46,288 nt of DNA, taken from positions 1 through 46,288 of the forward strand of contig JAIXVM010000261.1 in the NCBI GenBank assembly GCA_027482995.1, in the 5' to 3' direction. The position numbers and the translations under genes are program-made. This document shows positions 24,575 through 33,306 of the stretch, one piece after another. This DNA is from Hyphomonadaceae bacterium. GTDB lineage: Bacteria; Pseudomonadota; Alphaproteobacteria; Caulobacterales; Hyphomonadaceae. The notes under the pieces are model-generated. The model was not told where the DNA came from. It saw only the letters and a program-made list of their open reading frames with translations, and ran no database searches. How positions within the stretch are numbered: position 1 is the first letter of the stretch; every line of letters begins with the position of its first letter.

Positions 24575-24732
24575 GTCTGTATCCTCCGCTCGCGAGCAGG
24601 CCCCATTCCGTGCGGCAGCGCAACAGGTCCGAGCGGCGGGTTTCGTATTTTTCGCGCCTGGCCTCTTTAAACCTTCGCCAAAAGGGACTATCTGTTTATC
24701 GATAAGAACAAGGAGCCCGACCGGGAACCGCC

Positions 24733-25017
24733 ATGTACAGAACCGAAGACCAGATCCTGATCGAAAGCCGCGTGGCCAACGAGAAGAAGAGCGCGGGCGC
24801 CGCCTATTTCCTGTGGTTCTTCCTCGGCTGGATCTCGGCGCACCGGTTCTATCTGGGGAAACCCGTCACGGCGATCCTGCAGATCCTCAGCTACTTCATC
24901 CTGATCGGCTTCGTCTGGTGGGTCGTGGACCTCTTCCTCATCCCCTCGATCATCGAGGACAAGATGAATGAAACCCGCGGCCGCATGGCCCGCGAGATGA
25001 ACCGTTACGCTTACTGA
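24733..25017 (+). CDS. TM2-domain membrane protein
   Basis: KKSAGAAYFLWFFLGWISAHRFYLG and WWVVDLFLIP; RBS AAGGAG. Confidence 0.9.
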   Translation: MYRTEDQILIESRVANEKKSAGAAYFLWFFLGWISAHRFYLGKPVTAILQILSYFILIGFVWWVVDLFLIPSIIEDKMNETRGRMAREMNRYAY

Positions 25018-25072
25018 GCTGCAGCGGCAGATTTCGCGCCTGGCCCAACTCAATCCCTTCTGATGTGCGTCA

Positions 25073-25191
25073 CCCTCGACCGGCGCAGCCGGTCTGAGGG
25101 CCCATCTTCCATGCGCGCATCCTCCGCCGCTGCGGCGCGGATCAACCCAGGTCACACGATGGGCCCTCAGATGGCCTTCGGCCAACGAGGG
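25073..25191. repeat. composite palindromic intergenic element (REP/RIME-like)
   Basis: 14-bp inverted repeat TCTGAGGGCCCATC (25093-25106) / GATGGGCCCTCAGA (25158-25171), flanking small hairpins, outer CCCTCG/CGAGGG. Confidence 0.7.
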
Positions 25192-25282
25192 CGGACACCA
25201 GGACAGGACTGCTCGGAATCGGTCCTTGACTAATTACTTTCACAATCATAGAAATATTCGCACCTCGCGAAAGGATACCGCC

Positions 25283-25756
25283 ATGTCCGAATTCGACCGC
25301 CCCAAGGGCATCGCCAGCGCGCTTTGCTATGTCGACCCCAACGCCGCCTTCCTCTGGCTGGAGGAGGCGTTCGGCTTCGAGCCCTACATGGTCCTGCTCG
25401 ACGAGAATGACAAAATCGCCCATTCGGAAATGTCCTTCGGCACCGGCTTCATAATGGTCGGCAGCGAATGGTCTGCCGATCACAAGAGCCCGAAAAACAT
25501 CGGCGGCAAGAACACCCAGACCGTCCACGTCCAGCTCGGCAAGGGCGAGGACATCGACGCCCATTGCGATCGCGCCCGCAAGGCCGGCGCCGAGATCCTG
25601 CAGGAACCGGACACGCAATTCTACGGCGACCGCACCTACCGCGCCCGCGATCCCGAAGGCCATATCTGGACGTTCGGCGTCACCGTAAATGACATGTCCT
25701 CTGCCGACTGGGACAAGGCCTCCGGCGGCGCCCTCCGGACCCAGACCCGCCTTTGA
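25283..25756 (+). CDS. VOC/glyoxalase-family protein
   Basis: WLEEAFGF, HSEM, QFYGDRTYRARDPEGHIWTF; RBS AAGGA. Confidence 0.9.
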   Translation: MSEFDRPKGIASALCYVDPNAAFLWLEEAFGFEPYMVLLDENDKIAHSEMSFGTGFIMVGSEWSADHKSPKNIGGKNTQTVHVQLGKGEDIDAHCDRARKAGAEILQEPDTQFYGDRTYRARDPEGHIWTFGVTVNDMSSADWDKASGGALRTQTRL

Positions 25757-26088
25757 AACCCCGCCCGGACCTTGACGCCGCGCTGACCGCCCTCGCTGAT
25801 CCCGACCGGCGGCGTGCCATCGAACTCCTCGGCAAGGCGCCCCGCCGCGCCGGCGAACTCGCCGAAGCCCTCGGCCTGCCCGCCCCCGCGATGAGCCGCC
25901 ACCTGCGCATCCTCAAGCAGGGCGGCCTCGTCGAGGAAACCCATCCCGAGTTCGATGCCCGCGTGCGCATCTACACCCTGAAGGAGGGCGGCATGGCCGA
26001 TCTCAAACTCTGGCTCGCCGACACCGAGAAACTCTGGGCGGCCCAGCTCTCGGCGTTCAAGACGCACATGGAGTCGAAGCGCAAGTGA
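25753..26088 (+). CDS. ArsR/SmtB-family regulator
   Basis: ALADPDRRRAIELL, AMSRHLRILKQGGLV. Confidence 0.9.
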   Translation: MKPRPDLDAALTALADPDRRRAIELLGKAPRRAGELAEALGLPAPAMSRHLRILKQGGLVEETHPEFDARVRIYTLKEGGMADLKLWLADTEKLWAAQLSAFKTHMESKRK

Positions 26089-26543
26089 GCGCCGTCCTCG
26101 TCGCCATCCGCGTGCCCGCCGCGCCGGACGAGGCCTTTGATGCGTTTACGGACGATATCGGCCTCTGGTGGCGCCCCAGCGACTTGTTCCAGCTCACCCC
26201 GCGCGGGGACGGCACGCTCAGCTTCGATGGCCAGACCCGCCTGATCACCACCCTGCCGAATGGCAAGGTCTTCGAAATCGGCCGCGTCACCGCCTGGGAG
26301 CGCGGCGCCCGCCTCGCCTTCACCTGGCGCCAGGCCACCTTCACGCCCGATCAGGTCACCTCGGTCGAGGTGACGTTCCAGGCCATTGGCGAGGAGACCC
26401 GCGTCACCGTCACCCATCGCGGCTGGGATACCATCCCGCAGGACCATGTCGCCCGCCACGGCTTTCCGCTTCAGGCGACGCAAGGCCATCTTGCCAATGT
26501 CTGGCGCGCCGGCCTCGCGGCCTTCAAGGATAGAGTTCGCTGA
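26085..26543 (+). CDS. SRPBCC/AHSA1 domain protein
   Basis: AFDAFT..IGLWW, GRVTAWE, RLAFTW, TRVTVTHRGW; coupled to the ArsR gene. Confidence 0.88.
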   Translation: MSAVLVAIRVPAAPDEAFDAFTDDIGLWWRPSDLFQLTPRGDGTLSFDGQTRLITTLPNGKVFEIGRVTAWERGARLAFTWRQATFTPDQVTSVEVTFQAIGEETRVTVTHRGWDTIPQDHVARHGFPLQATQGHLANVWRAGLAAFKDRVR

Positions 26544-27012
26544 ACCGCGCCCAGAGCGCAGGCCGCGTCGTCTGAAAGCCTTCCACCACCAGCGCATCCT
26601 CCGCCGCCACAGCGTCCGCAGCGGCACATTCGGTCCAGATATGCGAGGTCGGGACCGCCCAACCGCTGTCATCCAGCGTGCCCGCACACAGGATCACGAG
26701 ATCGGGCGCGACTTCCGGCAGGTGCCACATCCGCGTGCCGCACACCGCGCAGCGTTCGATATTGATCCCGTTGCCGCTGCCGCCAATCCGCCGGAACGTA
26801 TCCCGCGCGCCGCCGGAAACCGCGACCGCGTCCCGCGCGACGTGCAGGAACAATCCGAACGGCCCGCCGGACAACCGCTGGCAATCCTTGCAGTGGCACG
26901 CATTCACCGCCAGCGGCTTCGCCGTCACCGAATACCGGATGGCGCCGCAATGACATCCGCCCTCGAGAGGCAGCTTCGGCAAGGGCGGGCGCGTGATCGA
27001 AATGCGTTTCAT
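26524..27012 (-). CDS. GFA (glutathione-dependent formaldehyde-activating)-family protein
   Basis: GGCHCGAIRY, CHCKDCQR, CAVCGT, HIW. Confidence 0.9.
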   Translation of the reverse strand: MKRISITRPPLPKLPLEGGCHCGAIRYSVTAKPLAVNACHCKDCQRLSGGPFGLFLHVARDAVAVSGGARDTFRRIGGSGNGINIERCAVCGTRMWHLPEVAPDLVILCAGTLDDSGWAVPTSHIWTECAAADAVAAEDALVVEGFQTTRPALWARFSELYP

Positions 27013-27124
27013 GACGCGGATATTGCACACCGCTCCGGACGCGCACAACGGATAGGCGTGCATGCCTCAATTGCGCCGGGATCCTTCGCCAACTTGAGAT
27101 ACTTTCCGTCCGGAGAGCTCAGTC

Positions 27125-27460
27125 ATGGACAAGCCTGAACCCCAATCCTATGCCGCGCGTTTCGCCAAATCGTCCGCCGCCGGCGCATCGCCGCTCAAGC
27201 CGCGCAGCCAGGCCGACGCGTACATCGCGCGCAATGGCCATCTGGTTCACAAGCTCAAGGCGAAGGACACGACCGGCCGCTGGGCCTATTACTTCGTGCT
27301 GATCGAACCCGCGAAAGAACGTACCTTCCTCAAAGCCATCAACGGCGACGGCGTCATCGATCTCGAAGACTATGGCCGCGTCATCGCCTCCTGCTATGGC
27401 GAAGCGCCGACGCAGGAAGTTCGCGACTTCCTGAAGGAAAAATACGGCTTCGACGTCTGA
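27125..27460 (+). CDS. hypothetical protein (111 aa)
   Basis: RBS GGAG, genome-like codon usage, fills the intergenic gap. Confidence 0.8.
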   Translation: MDKPEPQSYAARFAKSSAAGASPLKPRSQADAYIARNGHLVHKLKAKDTTGRWAYYFVLIEPAKERTFLKAINGDGVIDLEDYGRVIASCYGEAPTQEVRDFLKEKYGFDV

Positions 27461-27505
27461 GGCAGCGTCCTTGACGCCCTTGCCCGCCTCGCCGACAGTC
27501 CGTCC

Positions 27506-28429
27506 ATGAAACGCGCTCTCGCCCTCGCCGCCTTCGCCCTCGCTGCCTGCTCCAGCGTGCCCGCCTCCCTCGCCGAAGCGCCCGCGGCGCCGGCCGCCGA
27601 GATCCCTGCCTGGCGGCCCGTCGCCCCGGAAAACCTGGTCATCCTCGACGTGCCAACCGGCACCGTCGCGATTGAGCTTTTCCCCGAAGCGGCCCCCGCC
27701 CATGTCGCCCGCCTGCGCGAACTCCTCGCCGAGGGCTTCTATGACGGCGAATACTTCTACCGCGTCATCGAGGGCCACGTCGCCCAGGCTGGCCGCGAGT
27801 TCGAGATGGCCTCGAAAGCCTGGCAGCCCGTGCCCTTCGAAGCCGAGCGCGCCATAGCCGCAGACGGCTTCACCCCGCTCGGCAATGCCGACCTCTTCGC
27901 GCCCGAAGCCGGCCACCGCTCCGGCTTCGCCGTCGGCCGTGACGGTCAGCAGGAATGGCTGATGAACTGCCCGGGCGCCCTCGGCATGGCGCGGGACGAC
28001 GCACCGGACACCGGCAATACCGAGATCTACATCCCCCTCCAGCCGCGCCGCTACCTCGACCGCAACTATACGATCTTCGGCCGCGTCATCGCTGGCATGG
28101 AGCACATCCACCGCCTGCCCCGCGTCGATCCGTTCACGGAAGAAGAAATGAACGCTCTGTTCGGTGAGGACGAGCCCCTCGCCCAGCAGATGTCCCAATA
28201 CCGCCGCTCCAAGAACGAATACAACATCATCACCTCCGCCAGGCTCGCCGCCGCGATCCCCGAGGCTGAACGCCCCGCCTACGAAGTGATGAACACAGCC
28301 TCCGCCGAGTGGGCCGCGCTGAAGGAGTCCAAGCGCGATTATTCCAAGATCGCCGCCTTCATTGCCCCGCCGGTGAACAAGTTCGACATCTGCTCGCTGC
28401 CCGTGCCGGCCAGAAAAGTTGGCGAGTAA
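27506..28429 (+). CDS. cyclophilin-type peptidyl-prolyl isomerase, lipoprotein
   Basis: Lipobox LAAC; FYDG.YFYRVI, GALGMAR, YLDRNYTIFGRVIAGME. Confidence 0.9.
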   Translation: MKRALALAAFALAACSSVPASLAEAPAAPAAEIPAWRPVAPENLVILDVPTGTVAIELFPEAAPAHVARLRELLAEGFYDGEYFYRVIEGHVAQAGREFEMASKAWQPVPFEAERAIAADGFTPLGNADLFAPEAGHRSGFAVGRDGQQEWLMNCPGALGMARDDAPDTGNTEIYIPLQPRRYLDRNYTIFGRVIAGMEHIHRLPRVDPFTEEEMNALFGEDEPLAQQMSQYRRSKNEYNIITSARLAAAIPEAERPAYEVMNTASAEWAALKESKRDYSKIAAFIAPPVNKFDICSLPVPARKVGE

Positions 28430-28592
28430 GCGCCCGCCGCACCAACCTTACGCATTTATAATCTGCCCCATTCCCTACAGGATTCAGGGTTCTAACCTTC
28501 CCCGCGCGCGCCGCGCCCCGAATCCCGCCTGCGCCCGCCTTGCCAGTTTCAAGGCGCCATAGTTTCGTCATTTCCAGTGATGCGGAAGGCAA

Positions 28593-29912
28593 ATGGGGCA
28601 AGTGAGTATGGCGTTCGAAGGCAAGGCACAGATTGCAGAAAAACCCGCGGAGTTCGAAGCCCGCCAAACTGGCCGGCGCTGTTTCGTCATCCTTCCCTAC
28701 GCAACCCCTTCAGGCTCAGGCGATACCGGCATCGATTTCGACGCTGTCTTCCACGAGATCATCCAGCCCGTCGCCGACGATCTCGATCTCGACTGTATCC
28801 GCTCCGACCGGGTGAGCCGCTCCGGCCTCATCCACCGCGAAATGATCGAAAACATTATCGATTCCGATGTCGTGATCGCCGACATCACGCTCGGCTCGCC
28901 GGACATCTTCTTCGAACTCGGAATCCGCCAGGCCGCCCGCCGCGCCGGCACCGTGGTCATGTGCCATCTCGGCAGCGGATCGGAATTCAACATCACCGGC
29001 GTGCGCGCGCTCGACTATGAACTGCCGCCCGAAGGCGCCCCGGCCCGTTCGCAGATCATCGCCGACTGCCGCGCACTCCTCCGTACACATATCAAGAACA
29101 GCCTCGACAACCGGGCGACGGACTCGATCGTCCACTCTCTGATCCCCGGCATCAACATCCGCCTGCCCGATCGTCCGCTCCCGGAGCGCCGCTACCATAT
29201 CTACAAGCTCGGCCTCGCCGGCATGACCGGCCCGAAGGCCGCCCGCCAGATCGAGATCGTCACCGGCGACATTGCCGACGTGGACGATATCGACGTCTGG
29301 GTGAACCCCGAGAACAACCGGATGGAACTCGCCCGCCTGCACGACAGTTCCGTCTCCGCCACGATCCGGTATCTCGGCTCGCGCCGCGACCGGCACGGCT
29401 TCGTGCGCGATGACGCGATCACCCGCCTCCTGCGCTCGAAAGTCGGCGCCAATCACCGCACCGGGATCGAGCCCGCCACCACCATGCTGACCCGCGCCGG
29501 CGCGCTCGCCCGCAACAACAAGGTCAAACTCCTCGTCCACGTCGCCGCCCATCAGGGCGAGCCGGGGCGCGGCTACCAGCTGATCGGCGCCTACCGCAAA
29601 TGCGTCACCAACGCGCTCGCGGCGGTTGACCAGTACAATACCGAGTTCCCGGCCAAGATGAGCACAAAGTCCGTGCTCCGCTCGGTCCTCATCCCCCTCT
29701 TCGGCACCCGCTCGCCCGGCGAATCCCCGCACGAGCGCGTCCAGGGCCTGATCCACGCCGCCCACCAGTACATGCTCCACTCGGCCGACACGAAGATCGA
29801 GCGCGTTGCGTTCCTTGCGTGGACCCAGGTGGATCTGGAACTCTGCCAAGCCGCCCTCCACCGCCTCGGCCTGAAGCCCGCCGGCGCCCCCAGAGGTCCC
29901 GGCAAGGTCTGA
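28593..29912 (+). CDS. NDT/TIR-like (deoxyribohydrolase) domain + macro domain fusion protein
   Basis: N-terminal CFVILPY...RSD...SDVVIADIT...FFELGIR; C-terminal IVTGDI...WVNPEN...LVHVAA...SVLIPLFGT; assigned by motif recognition only. Confidence 0.7.
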   Translation: MGQVSMAFEGKAQIAEKPAEFEARQTGRRCFVILPYATPSGSGDTGIDFDAVFHEIIQPVADDLDLDCIRSDRVSRSGLIHREMIENIIDSDVVIADITLGSPDIFFELGIRQAARRAGTVVMCHLGSGSEFNITGVRALDYELPPEGAPARSQIIADCRALLRTHIKNSLDNRATDSIVHSLIPGINIRLPDRPLPERRYHIYKLGLAGMTGPKAARQIEIVTGDIADVDDIDVWVNPENNRMELARLHDSSVSATIRYLGSRRDRHGFVRDDAITRLLRSKVGANHRTGIEPATTMLTRAGALARNNKVKLLVHVAAHQGEPGRGYQLIGAYRKCVTNALAAVDQYNTEFPAKMSTKSVLRSVLIPLFGTRSPGESPHERVQGLIHAAHQYMLHSADTKIERVAFLAWTQVDLELCQAALHRLGLKPAGAPRGPGKV

Positions 29913-29972
29913 CGGGCCTTGGGATTTCTCTCCACAGGCGAGCGCTAGTTGTGCAATTCGCCGCTGCGACCA

Positions 29973-30020
29973 AGTGCACATCTTGCGTCGTTAACGCTTT
30001 TTAAGCACTATATGTGGTGT
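29973..30020. promoter_or_regulatory. tandem NrdR boxes upstream of nrdB
   Basis: GCACTATATGTGGTGT (30005-30020) matches the NrdR consensus; a weaker AGTGCACATCTTGCGT lies 32 bp upstream. Confidence 0.7.
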
Positions 30021-30062
30021 GTTGAGGCGTCATAACACGCCCATTCTTGAAGGAGCTTCCCC

Positions 30063-31100
30063 ATGGCTGACGGCAACGCGAACATTCCCGGCCTGCTCAC
30101 CCCGAGCCATGCCTACAAGCCGTTCCGCTATCCGTGGGCGTACGAATTTTGGAAGAAGCAGCAGCAAGTCCACTGGATGCCGGAGGAAGTTCCCCTCGGC
30201 GAGGACTGCAAAGACTGGGCGGTCAAACTGTCCGACGCCGAGCGAAACCTCCTCACACAGATCTTCCGCTTCTTCACGCAGTCGGACGTCGAAGTCGGCG
30301 CCAACTACATGACGAACTACATGCCGCTCTTCAAACCGGTTGAAGTGTCGATGATGCTGTCGTCCTTCTCCAACATGGAGACGATCCACGTCGCGGCCTA
30401 TGCCCTGCTGCTCGAGACGATCGGCATGCCGGACACCGAATTCTCCGCCTTCATGGAATACAAGGAAATGTCGGCCAAGCACGACTACCTTGGCCAGTTC
30501 GGCGTCGAGACGAACGAAGACATCGCCATCTCGATGGCCGTGTTTGGTGCGTTCACGGAAGGCCTGCAGCTGTTCGCCTCCTTCGCGATGCTGATGAACT
30601 TCCCGCGCTTCAACAAGATGAAGGGCATGGGCCAGATCGTCACCTGGTCGATCCGCGACGAGTCGCTGCACTGCGAAGGCATGATCAAGCTGTTCCACGC
30701 TTTCTGCGCGGAAACCGGCGTGATGACGGACGCGCTGCGCGAGAAGATCCGCGAGTGCTGCCGCACCGTGATCGCGCTTGAGGACAAGTTCATCGACCTC
30801 GCCTTCGAGATGGGCCCGGTCGAGGGCATGACCCCCGCCGACATCAAGAACTACATCCGCTACATCGCCGACTGGCGCCTCGGCCAACTGAAGCTCGAGC
30901 CGATCTACGGCATCACCAAGCACCCGCTGCCCTGGCTGTCGGAAATCCTCAACGGCGTCGAACACGCCAACTTCTTCGAACAGCGCGCCACGGAATACTC
31001 CAAAGGCGCCACGAAGGGCGACTGGCACGGCGATGACGGCGTCTGGAGCCGCTTCGACGAACGCCGCAAGAAAACCGCCGACACCGTCCCGGCGGAGTAA
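30063..31100 (+). CDS. nrdB: ribonucleoside-diphosphate reductase class Ia beta subunit
   Basis: HWMPEEV, FFTQSD, ETIH..AY (radical Tyr), EGLQLF, DESLH, NFFEQRATEY. Confidence 0.96.
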   Translation: MADGNANIPGLLTPSHAYKPFRYPWAYEFWKKQQQVHWMPEEVPLGEDCKDWAVKLSDAERNLLTQIFRFFTQSDVEVGANYMTNYMPLFKPVEVSMMLSSFSNMETIHVAAYALLLETIGMPDTEFSAFMEYKEMSAKHDYLGQFGVETNEDIAISMAVFGAFTEGLQLFASFAMLMNFPRFNKMKGMGQIVTWSIRDESLHCEGMIKLFHAFCAETGVMTDALREKIRECCRTVIALEDKFIDLAFEMGPVEGMTPADIKNYIRYIADWRLGQLKLEPIYGITKHPLPWLSEILNGVEHANFFEQRATEYSKGATKGDWHGDDGVWSRFDERRKKTADTVPAE

Positions 31101-31223
31101 CGTTCCGGTTGCGAAGGGCCTCGCCCCGGCTACCCCCGTCCCCGGGGAGTCTGAGGCGGGGCGCTTTGCGAAAAGTCTGCCCATTTGCCCCCGGGCGCCG
31201 GCCCGGCTAGTGTCGGGCTCGAG

Positions 31224-32954
31224 ATGAGCGCAGACGATTCCTCCACAGGCGATGATGCCTCGGGCGCCCTGTTTGGCGGCGGAGAGCCCGCGCGTGCGGG
31301 CAATTACGAAGTCCTCGCCCGCAAGTACCGCCCCCGCCGGTTCGAGGACCTGATCGGCCAGGAAGCGATGGTGCGCACGCTTTCGAACGCCTTCGAGACC
31401 GGCCGTATCGCCCACGGCTTCATGCTGACCGGCGTCCGCGGCGTGGGCAAGACGACCACCGCCCGCCTCCTGGCCCGCGCGCTGAACTTCGAGCCGAAGG
31501 ACGCGCCCGCCAAAGGCAAGAAGGCGAAGGGAGATGCTGCCTCCGGCCCGAGCATCCATCTCGACCCACCGGGCATCCACTGCGACGCGATCATGCGCGG
31601 CCTGCATCCGGACGTTCTCGAACTCGACGCCGCCTCGCGCACGGGCGTCGCCGATATGCGCGACCTTCTGGATTCGTCCCGGTACGGACCTGTTTCGGCG
31701 CGCTTCAAGGTCTACATCATCGACGAAGTGCACATGCTGTCGACGGCGAGCTTCAACGCGCTTCTGAAGACGCTGGAAGAGCCGCCGCCGCACCTCAAGT
31801 TCATCTTTGCCACGACCGAGATCCGCAAGGTTCCCGTCACGGTGCTTTCGCGTTGCCAGCGCTTCGACCTGAAACGCCTCGACACGCCCGTCCTCGCGGC
31901 CCATCTCGGCCGGGTGGCAAAGAACGAGAAGGCGCGCGTCTCCGAAGAAGCCCTCGCCCTCGTTGCCCGCGCCGCGGAGGGCTCGGTGCGCGATGCCCTC
32001 TCCCTGCTCGACCAGGCCATTGTTCAGACCCCGGATGGTGAAGTCTCCGGCGTCGCCGTCCGCGACATGCTCGGCCTTGGCGACCGGACACGGCTTTATG
32101 ACGTGTTCGAAAAGGCGATCACGTCGGACGCCAAAGGCGCGCTCGCCGAAGTGAAGGATCAGGTCGCCGGCGGCGCCGATCCGGCCGTGGTGCTGAAAGA
32201 CCTTCTCGATATTGCCGCCGATGTCTCGGTCGCGCAGGCAACCGGCGATGACTGGGTGCCAGCCGGCCCGGCCGACTGGGCGAGCCGAACGCGCGCCATG
32301 GCCCAGCGCCTCACGCCCGCTCAGGCGGCGCGCACCTGGCAGCTCTTGCTCTCCGGTTACAGCGACCTGCAGGTTGCCCCGGATCCGGCAACCGCGCTGA
32401 ACATGATCATCTTGCGCCTTGCGGCGGCGTCCAGTCTTCCGTCCCCGGAGGAAGCGGCCCGCATGATTTCCGAAGGGGCCCGTCCGCCGGGAAAGCCGGA
32501 TCGCCCTCTTGAGGCTTCGCCGAGCGGGCCCGGCGGGATCGCCAGCTTTGCCGATATCGTCAGTGCGCTGACGGAAGCCCGCGAAGTAGCCCTGCAGGTC
32601 GATACCGAGCGGTTCGTGCGGTTCGCCTCGGTCAGCGCCGGACAAATGCGCTACGCCCTTGCCCCTGGCGCACCGCCCGGACTTGCTGGCCGCCTCAAGT
32701 CCTTCCTCGATCACGAGACCGGCCTCGACTGGCAGGTCGAGGAATCCGAGACCGATGCCGAATCCCTGCGCGAGCGCGAGCGGCGCGAAAAGGCCGAACG
32801 CATCGCCGAAGCCGCGCAGCACCCGTTGATCGCCGCGACCCTGAAAGCCATTCCCGGCGCGGTCATCCTCGACGTGGTGGACGACATACCGGCCATTGAA
32901 AATCCGGCCGCGCCGGACAATGTAATCCACTTAAAGACGCGCCGGCCCGGCTGA
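31224..32954 (+). CDS. dnaX: DNA polymerase III subunit gamma/tau
   Basis: LARKYRP, GVRGVGKT, IIDEVHML, LLKTLEEPP, SRCQRF, GSVRDALS. Confidence 0.97.
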   Translation: MSADDSSTGDDASGALFGGGEPARAGNYEVLARKYRPRRFEDLIGQEAMVRTLSNAFETGRIAHGFMLTGVRGVGKTTTARLLARALNFEPKDAPAKGKKAKGDAASGPSIHLDPPGIHCDAIMRGLHPDVLELDAASRTGVADMRDLLDSSRYGPVSARFKVYIIDEVHMLSTASFNALLKTLEEPPPHLKFIFATTEIRKVPVTVLSRCQRFDLKRLDTPVLAAHLGRVAKNEKARVSEEALALVARAAEGSVRDALSLLDQAIVQTPDGEVSGVAVRDMLGLGDRTRLYDVFEKAITSDAKGALAEVKDQVAGGADPAVVLKDLLDIAADVSVAQATGDDWVPAGPADWASRTRAMAQRLTPAQAARTWQLLLSGYSDLQVAPDPATALNMIILRLAAASSLPSPEEAARMISEGARPPGKPDRPLEASPSGPGGIASFADIVSALTEAREVALQVDTERFVRFASVSAGQMRYALAPGAPPGLAGRLKSFLDHETGLDWQVEESETDAESLRERERREKAERIAEAAQHPLIAATLKAIPGAVILDVVDDIPAIENPAAPDNVIHLKTRRPG

Positions 32955-32966
32955 CGGAGTGACCCC

Positions 32967-33290
32967 ATGAAAGACCTTGCCCAGATCATGCAGCAGGCGC
33001 AGGCCATGCAGGCGAAAATGGCCGAAGTGCAGGCCAAGATCGAGGCGACCGAAGCCGATGGCGTGGCGGGCGCGGGCCTCGTGCGTGTGAAGCTCAAGGG
33101 CAAGGGCGAGCTTGTCTCCCTGTCCATCGACAAGAGCCTGATGGGCGATGACCCGGAAATCGTCGAAGACCTGATCAAGGCCGCGCATGCCGACGCACGC
33201 CGGCGCCTCGACCAGGCGATGGACGACGCGATGCGCGCAGCAACGGCCGGCTTTGGCGGGTTGATGCCCGGCTTCAAGCTGCCCTTCTGA
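32967..33290 (+). CDS. ybaB: YbaB/EbfC nucleoid-associated protein
   Basis: MQQAQAMQ, GAGLV.V, EDLIKAA, KLPF; follows dnaX. Confidence 0.95.
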   Translation: MKDLAQIMQQAQAMQAKMAEVQAKIEATEADGVAGAGLVRVKLKGKGELVSLSIDKSLMGDDPEIVEDLIKAAHADARRRLDQAMDDAMRAATAGFGGLMPGFKLPF

Positions 33291-33306
33291 TCCAGCGCTC
33301 AACCGG

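Noticed and set aside
25283-26543. VOC-ArsR-SRPBCC trio as a novel system
   Set aside because: A widespread, commonly seen small-molecule response module
29991-30004. TTAA-N6-TTAA upstream of nrdB as a CtrA box
   Set aside because: The spacer is 6 nt rather than 7; at most a half-site lying between the NrdR boxes
31101-31223. Possible SRP RNA (ffs) upstream of dnaX
   Set aside because: A GC hairpin is present (31122-31163) but the conserved TCAGG..CCGGAAGGAAGCAG core is absent on both strands; more likely a terminator-like stem
31480-31600. DnaX lacking the four-Cys zinc module
   Set aside because: Loss of these cysteines is common in alphaproteobacterial DnaX, so it is not novel
30030-32930. 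966-aa minus-strand ORF
   Set aside because: Antisense shadow of nrdB and dnaX; no recognisable domain; typical high-GC artefact
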